From assembly GCF_009914755.1 (NCBI RefSeq), contig NC_060930.1: a stretch of 64,000 nt of DNA; one strand, given 5' to 3'. Below, piece by piece: positions 41,143 to 60,197 of the stretch; the stretch's first letter is position 1; every line of letters starts with the position of its first letter. The notes below the pieces were generated by a model. It did not search any database, was not told the DNA's origin, and was given only the letters and a program-made list of their open reading frames with translations. A program made the translations under genes and the position numbers. Source of the DNA: the human T2T-CHM13v2.0 reference genome, Homo sapiens.

Positions 41143-41251
41143 CTACAGAGTGAGACTCTGTCTCTATAAAAAAAAAAAAAAAAAAAGAGGCCGGGCGTGG
41201 TGGCTCATGCCTGTAATCCCAGCGCTTTGGGAGGTTGAGTTGGGTGAATCA

Positions 41252-41539
<288 letters not shown>

Positions 41540-41993
41540 CTAGGAAACATTTTTGTGGTTTTCTAATTTTCTACCATGTGTATACACTACCTATTCAAAT
41601 ATAAGTAAATAAAATACATTTTAAATGTAAAATACCTTAAGAACAACATAGATGTGTTATGAAGTAGATTACTAACTGTGAGTTTTTAGGACACCACGCA
41701 AGAGCACAAGATTTCAAGGGCATTTCAAGCTCAGGTGGGCACTAGGGATTTTGGCTATAGACCTAGAGGAATGAGGGTGACAAATGAACTCTCTCAGTTG
41801 CCTTGGACATTCAGAGAAAAAGTGTGAAAAGCACTGCTTTACAAGATAGCAGGGCCTATGGGCAGGAAATGATGGAGATACCCCTTGGGACTTGGAGATA
41901 AGGTCACTCTGAGCATATATACATATGTATATATACATATATGTCAAGGTCCAACCTGGAAAACCATTCTAAGTCTTTAAAACACAGGGAACA

Positions 41994-42307
<314 letters not shown>

Positions 42308-42520
42308 TTAATCCAGATAAATGGTTTATACAGGTGTTGGCAGAGACAAAAAGCCAAACAGAATAGTCAAATAGCCCAGACAGAGATGAGTGACAGCAAG
42401 AAGCTACTGCCACCCTTACACTAGAGGGACAGGACAACACTGTGCTACCAGAGCTCAGGGTCTAGGATCAACTACTACAAGTTAGATCCAAGTAGGTTGT
42501 AGGAGACAGCCTGATGTTGA

Positions 42521-42927
<407 letters not shown>

Positions 42928-43262
42928 TAATCTCTTGACCTCGCGATCTGTCCGCCTCGGCCTCCCAAAGTGTTGGGATTACAGGTGTGCGTGCCACCAT
43001 GCCTGACCTTTTTTTTTTTTTAATAGTGATGGAGTCTCGCTCCACTGCCCAGGCTGGAGTGCCGTGGCCAGACCATAGCTCACTGTAGCCTCCAACTTCT
43101 GGGCTCAAGTGATCCTTCTACCTCAGCCTCCTGAGTAGCTGGGATTACCAGTGTGAGCTACTGAACCCGGCTTCCACTGCCATTTTGAAAAGAGCAGGGG
43201 AAAAGTGAAGAATAGACTTGAAAGCAAAAAAAAAAGGCCAGGGTCAGCACAGAGGGAAATCA

Positions 43263-43682
<420 letters not shown>

Positions 43683-44834
43683 TCAAGACCCAGGCATTTT
43701 CTGCAAAATGTCCTTTATAGCTGGTTTGTCCAAACTAGGATCTAGATGTAGATGATACACTACATCTGGTTGTTATGTCTCTTAATATTTAAATTTAGAA
43801 AAATACCTTTTCCTAAATTAGTGAAGGAAAGAGGCCAGTTGTCCTTACAACATCCTACTGCCAGAATTTGTTTGCTGCCTTTTGCTTTCCTTTAGCTGAT
43901 CCTATAGCCTATCCTGTTAACTTGATTAGATCTAAGTTAAACATTTTTTAAAAATTATTTTTAATTTTTGTGGCTACTAAACATTTTTTATAATATGTCA
44001 TAGTTGTTGGGTATAGAGGCTAACTAACACATGTAATCCCAGAACTTTGGGAGGCTGAGGTGGGAAATTGCTTGAAGTCAGGAGTTTGAGACCCTTTTTC
44101 TGCAAAAAATTAAAAAAATTAACAAGGGTATGGTGTCAGGTGCCTGTAGTCCCAGCTACTTGGAAGGTGAAGAGGGAGGATTGCTTGATCCCGGGAGGTT
44201 GAGGCTGAAGTGAGCTGTGATAGAACCACTGCATTCCAGCCTGGGCAACAGGGCGAGACCCTCTCTCAAAAAAAAAAAAAAAAAAGTCATAGTTGATGGT
44301 AGCTACTTAATATTGTCATCCCAGCAGGAGACACATAATATCTGGTTGTTCTGCCATTATGTTAAGATTTACCACGGTGTTATGGTGGTAAGAGCCGGGG
44401 CACAGTTAACTTACCCCTTAGGACCAGGAAGTAATCTTTGTGGTACTTACTCTTTCTAAAGGTCAGTTTCCTCATCTGAAATGTGAATAAATAGGGTTGT
44501 TGAACGGATTAAGTAAATCAATGCATTTAAAGAACCTATGACATAGTAAACATTCAAATAAACTAGCAATTATTATTATTATTTGGTTGCAATTCTACCA
44601 TCAGAGAACATAGGGTAGAAGAACAAAAACAAAAACTCCCTCTCCTCAGGTCCCAACGCTTGCTAATATTTCCCTTTTCTAAAAGGAGGAAGGCCATTTT
44701 GGAGTCTGACAGACCAGGCTGGAAGTTTGGCCTTATTGCTAGAACAGGTGATATCTGTGGACAAGTTACTTCTATCAATTTTCTCCTATGTAATAATTAC
44801 CTTTTGTGGAGGGGTTAGTGTGTATATTGTATTA

Positions 44835-45271
<437 letters not shown>

Positions 45272-45432
45272 TCACTTTGCTCCACCTAACCCACTACTAT
45301 AAATATTTACCATTTTTTTGAGACAGGGTACCACTCTGTCACCCAGCCTGGAGTGCAGTGGTGCGATCACGACTCACTATAGCCACGACCTCCTGGGTTC
45401 AAGCGATCCTCCCATCTCAGTCTCCTGAGTAG

Positions 45433-46014
<582 letters not shown>

Positions 46015-46019
46015 TAGCA

Positions 46020-46580
46020 GCTCCAGGCGCGTAGCAGAGAATCATTAAATATTTATAGAAAGATTAAATACGCTCTTCCGGAAGCACCGACAAACAAGAT
46101 TAAATGAGCTTGGATTGAACCTCGTAGCGGCCCGTAGTACTCCTCCTTCCCGCCATCCTATAGATGAAAGGAAGAAAAGGAAAAGCCCCGCCCCTCGCTC
46201 GGCTGCTGGAGGCGAGGGCTTCGGAAGTCTTCATGCTAGTCTCGTGGGGTTCCGCGGTGTCGTCGCTGGCTGTGCGCGTCATTTCCGGGCGTCACGTAAC
46301 GGAGTGGCCAACGGCCTGCAGAGCAACATGCCCAAGTGAGTGGGGCCCCGAAATCTGAGGGTGATCGTAGTCACTAGTTGTGGCCCCCATGCAGGAGCGG
46401 AGAGCGGGTTCTGGTTTCTGAAACCTCGAGGGATGGGAGAGTATCTGGGCCGGGTGGACGGAGGCAGGGAGATGGAGAGCGCTAGACACCCCATTTTAGA
46501 GTGCAGATGGATCCCGCTTAAGGCAACAAAAAAAAGCCTGGTTTATGTGTCGACGCTTTGATGCTTTTGAGTCGTGAGGC
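46020..46580 (+). promoter_or_regulatory. SNRPC CpG-rich housekeeping-type promoter / 5' UTR / start of intron 1
   Basis: High CpG density. Palindromic ETS CTTCCGGAAG 46075-46084; E2F-like TTCCCGCC 46147-46154; GC box GCCCCGCCCC 46185-46194; ETS CGGAAGT 46222-46228; CGTCATTTCCGG 46277-46288; CGTCACGTAAC 46290-46300. Confidence 0.88.
46328..46335 (+). CDS. SNRPC: SNRPC (U1 snRNP protein C) coding exon 1 (ATG CCC AA; M-P-K)
   Basis: AACATGC start context followed by donor CAA|GTGAGT. Joined to the next five exons it gives the known U1C sequence MPKFYCDYCDTYLTHDS...; total CDS 8+43+109+90+105+125=480 nt = 159 aa + stop. Confidence 0.97.
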
Positions 46581-46698
46581 GGTCTGGCTTTTTGTTTTGT
46601 TTGTTTGTTTTGTTTTTATCTTCCATGAACAGCGCTTCCGTGGATGGGCATCTCAGTGGTTGTCATCTTCTTTTTCTCTTCCTTTCACCTCTTTTCAG

Positions 46699-46741
46699 GT
46701 TTTATTGTGACTACTGCGATACATACCTCACCCATGACTCT
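46699..46741 (+). CDS. SNRPC: SNRPC exon 2 (FYCDYCDTYLTHDS; first half of the matrin/U1C-type C2H2 zinc finger)
   Basis: Long polypyrimidine tract + TTTTCAG acceptor; donor TCT|GTAAGT; 43 nt. Confidence 0.98.
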
Positions 46742-46925
46742 GTAAGTGGCATATCTATTCATAGTTTCAAAAAGCCTTATGTGTAATAATTAAATGAGTT
46801 TTGTGTTTTTTTTAAGTTGCAAGTTGTGCTTTCCCACCTGCTGAGGTTTAAGGTCTACTCCTTGAAGAAAATAATTGGAGGTTATTTTCCCACCCTTCCA
46901 GTAACTTTGATTAAAAACTGCTTAA

Positions 46926-48625
<1,700 letters not shown>

Positions 48626-48870
48626 AGCTCTATGCTTTGCTGTCTCTGTAGAAATCTGATTAAATCATAACTCTTTTTACAGCTGAGGCCTCACTGTGTT
48701 TCCCAGGCTGGTCTAAATTATGATTCTTGATCATCTTGAATAGTAGCTGGAAGAAACTGGCCAGTGATTTTTCTATTGTCACCTTATTTGAAATTCTTTC
48801 TAACATATGGTCAGATGTAGTACAGCATTAATAGAGATGTGGAACATTTAAGTTGGGTGGTTCCTCTTGA

Positions 48871-49188
<318 letters not shown>

Positions 49189-49629
49189 TAGAATAGAGTG
49201 CTCTGATAAATTGGTATTTTTAGTAGCTAGTCAGTTCTTGCTTATAGGTCCCTAGTCCTTTTCTTACCCCTCTCTAGGTAAAACCCCTCGACATAATTTT
49301 CTGAAATTGTTAATGAGGGGGCTGTGCCTTTCTGCCCTTTTTTGGCATTATAGTTTAATATACCTATTATTCACCTTCTTGCTAATGCCAGAATTCAGAG
49401 AACTGAGAAGTATTTCTTTATATTATAAATATCTTTTCATGAGAAATGTCATGAACCCTTGTTCCTTCTAAAATGATGTCTTGCAAAAATAGAAAATGTC
49501 TATGGTGATTGATTTTACAGATCCCTGCAGTGGACTTAGAAATGTGTAAAATCAGCTGGGTGTGGTGGCTTACACCTGTAATCCCAGCACTAGGAGGCCA
49601 AGGTGGGCAGATCACGAGATCAGGAGTTA

Positions 49630-50143
<514 letters not shown>

Positions 50144-51379
50144 TGAACTCCTGACATCAGGTGATCCGCACGCTTTGGCCTCCCAAAGTGCTGGGATTAT
50201 AGGTGTGAGCCACCGCGACTGGCTGCTAGTCATGATTTTGTTATTAGGCTTAAGGCATCATTGTATTAATGTAAGCAGTGGTTGGGAAGACAAGGAACAA
50301 TTTTTTTTTTTTTTTTTTTTTTTGTGACGGAGTATCTCTGTGTCGCCCAGGTTGGAGTGCAATGGCATGATCTTGGCTCACTGCAAGCTCCGCCTCCTGG
50401 GTTCACGCCATTCTCCTGCCTCAGCTTCCTGAGTAGCTAGGACTACAGGTGCCCGCCACCATACTTTTTTGTATTTTTAGCAGAGACGAGGTTTCACCAT
50501 GTTAGCCAGGATGGTCTCGATCTGACCTTGTGATCCACCCACCTCGGCCTCCCAAAGTGCTGGGATTACAGGCTTGAGCTACTGCGCCCAGCCAGGAACA
50601 ATTTTTTTTATTTTGGAGATAGGATTTTGCTTTGTCACCCAGGCTGGAGTGTAGTGGAGTGATCTTGGCTCACTGTAGCCTTGATCTCCTGGGCTCAAAC
50701 GTGCTTCCCATTTTAGCCTCCCAAGTAGCTGCAACCACCACCTTTGCTGCAGTTACTCAACTGTTCCTTGTAGAGAGAAGCTGTAGCCAATATATAAATA
50801 AATGTGCTGGGCTCTGTGGCTCACACCTGTAATCTCACAGCACTTTGGGAGGCCAGGATGAGAGGATCACTTGAGCCTAGGGGTTTGAGACCAGAATGGG
50901 CAACATTGTGAGACGTCATCTCTACAAAAAATTAAAAAGTTGGCTGGTCATAGTGGCTTGTGTCTCTAGTCCCAGCAACTCAGGAGGCTGAGGTGGGATG
51001 ATTGCTTGAGCCCGGATGGTTGAGGCTGCAGTGAGCCGAGATCGTGCTATTGTATTCCAGCCTGGGCAACAGAGCAGGACCCTGTTAGAAAAAAAAAAAA
51101 AGATAGATAGAGATAAATGTGGTTGTGTTCCAATACTTTTTTTTTAAAACACAAAAGCCAGTGGCTGGCCAATGGGGCATAGTTTGCTGACCTCTGGTCT
51201 AGATAATATAGTAAAAAAATTACCACAGTGTGTTGCTGGATAATGTTTTTAAGTAATACTGTAGCAGCCAGCTAATGCTGCTGATACTAGACACGCTACT
51301 TATATAAACGTAAAACTTTATTAAATTTTTAGTGTTGGACATTTGTTTCTACGTCTGATATGATCTTTTTATTTTACAG

Positions 51380-51488
51380 CCATCTGTGAGAAAGACACAC
51401 TGCAGTGGAAGGAAACACAAAGAGAATGTGAAAGACTATTATCAGAAATGGATGGAAGAGCAGGCTCAGAGCCTGATTGACAAAACAA
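51380..51488 (+). CDS. SNRPC: SNRPC exon 3 ([36 protein letters not shown])
   Basis: Acceptor TTTTACAG, donor CAA|GTATGT; 109 nt; contains the two zinc-ligand His residues. Confidence 0.98.
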
Positions 51489-52184
51489 GTATGTTTCAAT
51501 CTCTTGTTCTGCTGTGGTAAAATGGTCCTATTCTTTCTTATCCCTGTCTCTGGTGTTTTTCACAGAGGCAACTCATTCTGAATGATAAATAGGAGCATTT
51601 GGATGTGTCGAATGAAAGAAGCAGAAGGTCATTGGTTTCCCAAGGATATAAGAACACATTAATATTTATTATTGAGGATAGAGCAGTCAGAGACAGCAAT
51701 AAGGTTAGATGGGGAAGTGAGGCAGAGAAGAGTGGAGGTGCTTAATATTTATCTATTGGCACAGACGAGATTTTGTAGCAAATTTCTATAAAGCCCCTTT
51801 GTAGTAATCCACAGGTTTTAGAAGTATGTTCCTATTCTAATAGGAGCAGGTGAGGAGTGGGTTTGTGGTTTTCCCCAAATAGTTTGAGACTATATTTAGA
51901 TTTCTTATTTGTAGTCCTGATAGAGTACTAGTCAAAAAGAGACTACCTGATGTAACAAAATAGTCTGGATATGTTTTGGACCCCTGTTGTACCTCCCATG
52001 CTCTTTTTGTTAGGAACATTTTGTTCTGGCTTATTGGGTCCGGGACACTAACAGAAGGAGATATTGCATTTTTACTTTAGATCATCCTGGTATATTTGAA
52101 TCACGGCCTTTCTTAATCATTCATTGTACTCCAAGCTGGCAAGCAAATATGGGCTTTGTGATGTGCCTTTTTAAAAAAGCAGTA

Positions 52185-53861
<1,677 letters not shown>

Positions 53862-53907
53862 TCATTTCTCATTGCTCAGCTGTAGCACTCTTGTTCCATT
53901 TATTCTA

Positions 53908-54117
53908 AGTTTCTCAACCTCGATACTGTTGGCATTTAAGGCTGGATAATCTTTTGCTGTGAGGGTCTTTCTGTGCATTTCAGGATGTTTGACAGCATCC
54001 CTGGCATATGCCAACTAGATGCCCGTACCAACCTCCAGTTGTGACTACTAAAAATATCTCCAGGCATTGTGCAGTGCCCCTGGGAAGCAAAATTGTTTCT
54101 GGCCGAGACAGCCACTG
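53908..54117. mobile_element. MER20 DNA transposon fossil in intron 3
   Basis: TTTCTCAACC...GCTGGATAAT..TTG.TGTG...CAGCATCCCTGGC...ACTAGATGCC...CCAGTTGTGAC...AAAA..TCTCCAG.CATTG...CCACTG; about 210 bp. Confidence 0.8.
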
Positions 54118-54118
54118 A

Positions 54119-54649
<531 letters not shown>

Positions 54650-54660
54650 TGAGTAGGTAG

Positions 54661-54852
<192 letters not shown>

Positions 54853-55012
54853 TAAACCATGATGTAATCTTGTCTCCTTATTTGAAAAGATGTTAGAAAT
54901 TTCTTGGCATTAAAAGATTTACAGTATATTCTGTAGTTACTTTCCATATGCAGCAAAATAATTTAGGATGAATAAACTTTTTTTATTTAAATTTTAATTT
55001 TTTTAGAGATAG

Positions 55013-55198
<186 letters not shown>

Positions 55199-56700
55199 TA
55201 GTCTTTAACTCTGGAGCTCAAGAGATCCTCCTGCCTCAGCCTCCCAAAATGCTAGGATTACAGGCAGGAGCCACTGCACTCGGCTTGAATACACGTTTTT
55301 GTTTTTGTTTTAAGGCTAGTCAGAATAAACATTTTTAGTGGAGGACTTTTTGAGAATGGGGGGGAGCCCCTCAGGGACACACCTATGAAATCCATGATTA
55401 TATTGACATAGAGCCTGCTACTAAGTCAGTGACTTTGCTTCCCCCACTTCAGGCTTTACAAGCTGTCCTCTTACAAAGGATGTGAGAGAGGCCTTTTTGA
55501 TTGAAAAAGTCCATATTGGGGTGTAATCCCTGAGATCGCACAGGCTTTATTCAGAGGCATATGGATAATAAGCTATTCATGAATCTCCACTTAGGTCACT
55601 TTTTTTGGATCTGATCCCATGAATTATCAATAATTGATGAGTAATTTGACTTCCTTTGCATTGGTGGGAGTGGAGTGGGATGGGCTGTAGACAGCTTATG
55701 TCAGGAATAGACTTTATGAGTGTGTATTTTAATATTTATTTGTGATTCTTTTCTAACACTAAATATAGATGATCTTCAGTTTCTCTTGTTTTCTCTTGTG
55801 CTTCATCTGAAAAAAAAAATTTTAAATTGATTGCATTAGACTTTCTTAAAAATCATAATCTCTTTTGGGGCAGGCTTATAGTTTGAAATCTTTGTATGTT
55901 TTAAATATCCTAGTTTAGTGCATCGATTTCCAAACTGGTAAACCAACATGGTGTATTATTTTGACCTAGGACAGCATACATAGGAAGGATAGAAATTTTA
56001 TAAAGCCTAGCTTTTTGGGCACGTATTACACTTTTTCAAACAAAACTATGAATGGCTTGAATTGGTTATAAACTACATCTATAGATTAAAGATGACTGTT
56101 CCTCTTTGGTAAAAGACATTGATAGGGCCAGGCATGGCGGCTCACGCCTATAATCCTAGCACTCTGGTAAGCTGAGGTGAGTGGATTGCGTGGACTCAGG
56201 AGTTTGAGACCAGCCCAGGCAATATGGTGAAACCCGGTCTCTATAAAAAATAAAAAGTTAGCCAGGTGTGGTGCCATGCACCTGTAGCTACTCGGGAGGA
56301 TGAATTGAGAGGGTCACCTGAGCCCGGGAGGTCGAAGCTGCTGTGAGCTGCGGTTGTGTCCCTGCACTCCAACATGGGTGACAGTGAGACTCTGTCTCAA
56401 AAAGAAGACATTGATAAGCAGGAAATTTTTGCTCCAGTCTCCCATATTTAATTTAGCCATAGAAATGCTAAGTAGAAAACATAAATCAATAAACCAATTA
56501 ACTGCACTTTTAGCCAGTGAATACCTAAAAATGATTTTAAAACTGTAGAACCATGATGTAATAATTTTAGATGACAACTAGCAAGAGTAAAGTAATTGGA
56601 ACCGTTGAAGACTTAAAGAAAGTGGTTATTTTAGTTACTGGATTGTTGAATTCTTATTCATCTTTTTTTTTTTTTTTTTTCCTCACCCTCATCTCCAAAG

Positions 56701-56790
56701 CGGCTGCATTTCAACAAGGAAAGATACCTCCTACTCCATTCTCTGCTCCTCCTCCTGCAGGGGCGATGATACCACCTCCCCCCAGCCTTC
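56701..56790 (+). CDS. SNRPC: SNRPC exon 4 ([30 protein letters not shown])
   Basis: T-rich tract + CCAAAG acceptor, donor TTC|GTAAGT; 90 nt, phase 1-1. Confidence 0.97.
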
Positions 56791-57240
56791 GTAAGTTTAA
56801 ACTTTTAATCTTAAGGGGTGTGACGGGGCAGGCTATCCTTTGATTAGGTTAGATTATCTCACCGTTGGCTTTCAAATGCTGTTGCATTTGTATGTAGACA
56901 GTAATATAAATGTATAAATATATAAATGTTGAATATAGATGCAGGTAGTAATAGAAAACAACTTTAGTGGTATAATTTCTAAAATAACTTTAGAGTTAAC
57001 TTTTGATTGCATTGTCACTAAGATACTGTATTTGTGGAATCCCAAGTGTGGATCTAAGACAGATTTAAATGGAAAGAAAGCTCAGAATGAACCTGTGATT
57101 AGATGAGCTAATACATGAATAGGAGTTGCTAGGTACATTAAATTATTTATTGCTATGAGCCCAGCACTGGAGGATTAAAATAGCTGATAAACTCCTTAGT
57201 CTTTTGCCCTATTTTCTAACCCACCTAACACCAAAATCTA

Positions 57241-57435
<195 letters not shown>

Positions 57436-58853
57436 TCAGGAGGCTGAGGCAGGAGAGTTGCTTGAACCCGGGTGGTGGGGGTTGCAGTGAGCTGAGATCA
57501 CCTCACTGTGTACTCCAGCCTGGGCAATACAGCAAGACTTTGTCTCAAAAAAAAAAAAAAAAAGAAAATAAAAGAAGGAAAGGTAAGAATTAGATCATTG
57601 AAAGTGGAGTGGATCATGGGCCCAGCTTTCTGGGAAAGTTTGTTGTTTCTGTGTGACAGACAAGAGGAGACTGAGTGCTGTACTGGGTCGTACTGTACTG
57701 TAGCTCTCCTGGGAGGGGTCAGACTGAAATCACATTCAGGACCTAGACTCAATCTTGCACACAATCACGGGTATAAACCCAGGGAAGTAGACTGTTTGTA
57801 ATAGTTGCACACTAATGTAGGTGGACCACTAATGCCCTGGCAAACCTTTTCTGGGCACCTGCCATCCTAGGACCTGGTCAGGCCTCAGCCCATAGCAACT
57901 CCAAGGTTACTTCTCTCTCCTTCTCTACCTTGACTGGCTGGCACTCAACTCCATTATTTTTGATAGCGGAATAGTCTATGGTATGAATTTACCATAATTT
58001 ACCTCACTATTTTCTTTCTTTCTTTTTTTTTTTTTTTTTGAGACAGAGTCTCACTCTGTTGCCCAGGCTGGAGTGCAGTGGCACGATCTCAGCTCACTGC
58101 AACCTCCGCCTCCTGGGTTCCCTGGATTCAAGTGATTCTCCTGCCCAGCTAATTTTGTATTTTTAGTAGAGATGGGGTTTTGCCATGTTGGCCAGGCTGG
58201 TTCCGAACTCCTGACCTCCTGTGATCTGCCCGCCTCGGCCTCCCAAAGTGCTGGGATTACAGGCTTGAGCCACCACCCCCAGCCTACCTCACTATTTTCT
58301 TATTAAGTTGTTCCAAATTTTAGGTATTGTAAATGATACTGTCAGAAATATCCCTGCATATAAGTCTTTGCATTTTCAAAGAATCTTTTAAAACCATGTT
58401 TTCATTTTTTACAAAGGGATCTTAAATTAGATACTTGTGGCTTAAGTTCATCAGCTTTTTGTCAGGAGCTCTATAGAAGGTACAACCTCTCCACCCCCTT
58501 GTTTTGTTTTTTTAAATTAAAATCTCAATTTTTTCTTAACCTAGGGAATCTGACTTTATTTTATTCTTCTGTCTAGGCAGGCTTGTTCTTGCTTTTTATT
58601 CATAGATTAATGTGTTATGGCCTGTGATTTTTGTGGATCTGCTATTATAAAAAGAGACCATAAGAGGGTTGTTGTTTCAGAATTTGAAGGAGTTCATGAG
58701 ATCCTTTTAGTTTGATTAAGAAGAGAAAATGTTGCTGGGCGCAGTGGCTCACGCCTGTAATCCTAGCACTTTGGGAGGTCGACGTGGGCAGATCACCTGA
58801 GGTTGGGAGTTCAGGACCAGCCTGACCAACATGGAGAAACCCTGTCTCTACTA

Positions 58854-59012
<159 letters not shown>

Positions 59013-59082
59013 TCAAAAAAAAAGAAGAGAAAATGTTAATATGTGAGCACACCTTAACCACAGGCTCCATTCTTTATTTCAG

Positions 59083-59187
59083 CGGGTCCTCCTCGCCCTG
59101 GTATGATGCCAGCACCCCATATGGGGGGCCCTCCCATGATGCCAATGATGGGCCCTCCTCCTCCTGGGATGATGCCAGTGGGACCTG
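59083..59187 (+). CDS. SNRPC: SNRPC exon 5 ([35 protein letters not shown])
   Basis: Acceptor TTTATTTCAG, donor CTG|GTAAGT; 105 nt, phase 1-1; Pro/Met/Gly-rich U1C tail. Confidence 0.97.
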
Positions 59188-60010
59188 GTAAGTTTGAATG
59201 TCTGTCTTTCTAGTTTGCTCCATTTAGTTTAGTTACTATGCATAGCTGACACTTAATGGAAGGAAGTCAGTATGTGTAGCCAAAGCTTGAAAATGGGGAG
59301 TTGTGCTCCACCTCTGAGGGTGGAATATTTACATAAATTATCTAATTAGCTGTCTAAATGTACTATTGTAACAAATTAAATTTGGTCAATTATTAATGAT
59401 AAAGAAAAAGAAATACTTGGTTTATCATTATAATTGGATGGTGTCCAGTGACCTCGTGCTACTAAAAGCAGGATAGGTTGCTTCTGTTTTTCTTTTCCTC
59501 TCTTCTGTTTCCTTGCCTCATCCTGGCTTTTGGCCATTTATACTGAAGAGAAGGGTAGATGAGCTTGTTCCATTTTGTGGGAAGGGGGAAGGTTATAGAT
59601 ACATTTTCTCAGTTTTGATTTGGAGCAGAGCCACTTCTTGTTGCTTGTTTAATCTTGCAGTTTAACTTGGCCACATCATTATATTAAAAAGGCTTTCAGC
59701 CTGGTAGTTGTTTTTTTATTTAGGGAGGCGTAAAAAACTTACACTTCAAACATTTTATTTTAATGTAAATTTAAACATACATTAATTTGCAAATCTTTCT
59801 GATACATGAGCAGGACCTTTGCTTTGAGAGTGTGTCTAGGCCAGGCGCGGTGGCTCATGCCTGTAATCCCAGCACTTTGGGAGGCCAAGGCAGGCAGATC
59901 ACGAGGTCAAGAGATCAAGACCATCTTGGCTAACACAATGAAACCCCATCTCTACTTAAAAATACAAAAAATTAGCCAGGTGTGGTGGCACGCGCCTGTT
60001 GTCTTAGCTA

Positions 60011-60197
<187 letters not shown>

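Noticed and set aside
46100-46561. Several overlapping short ORFs at the promoter, suggesting a divergent gene
   Set aside because: Expected in GC-rich sequence; no recognisable homology or supporting exon structure.
55430-55600. Possible cryptic (poison) exon in intron 3 after CTTCCCCCACTTCAG
   Set aside because: The acceptor is plausible but I found no convincing downstream donor.
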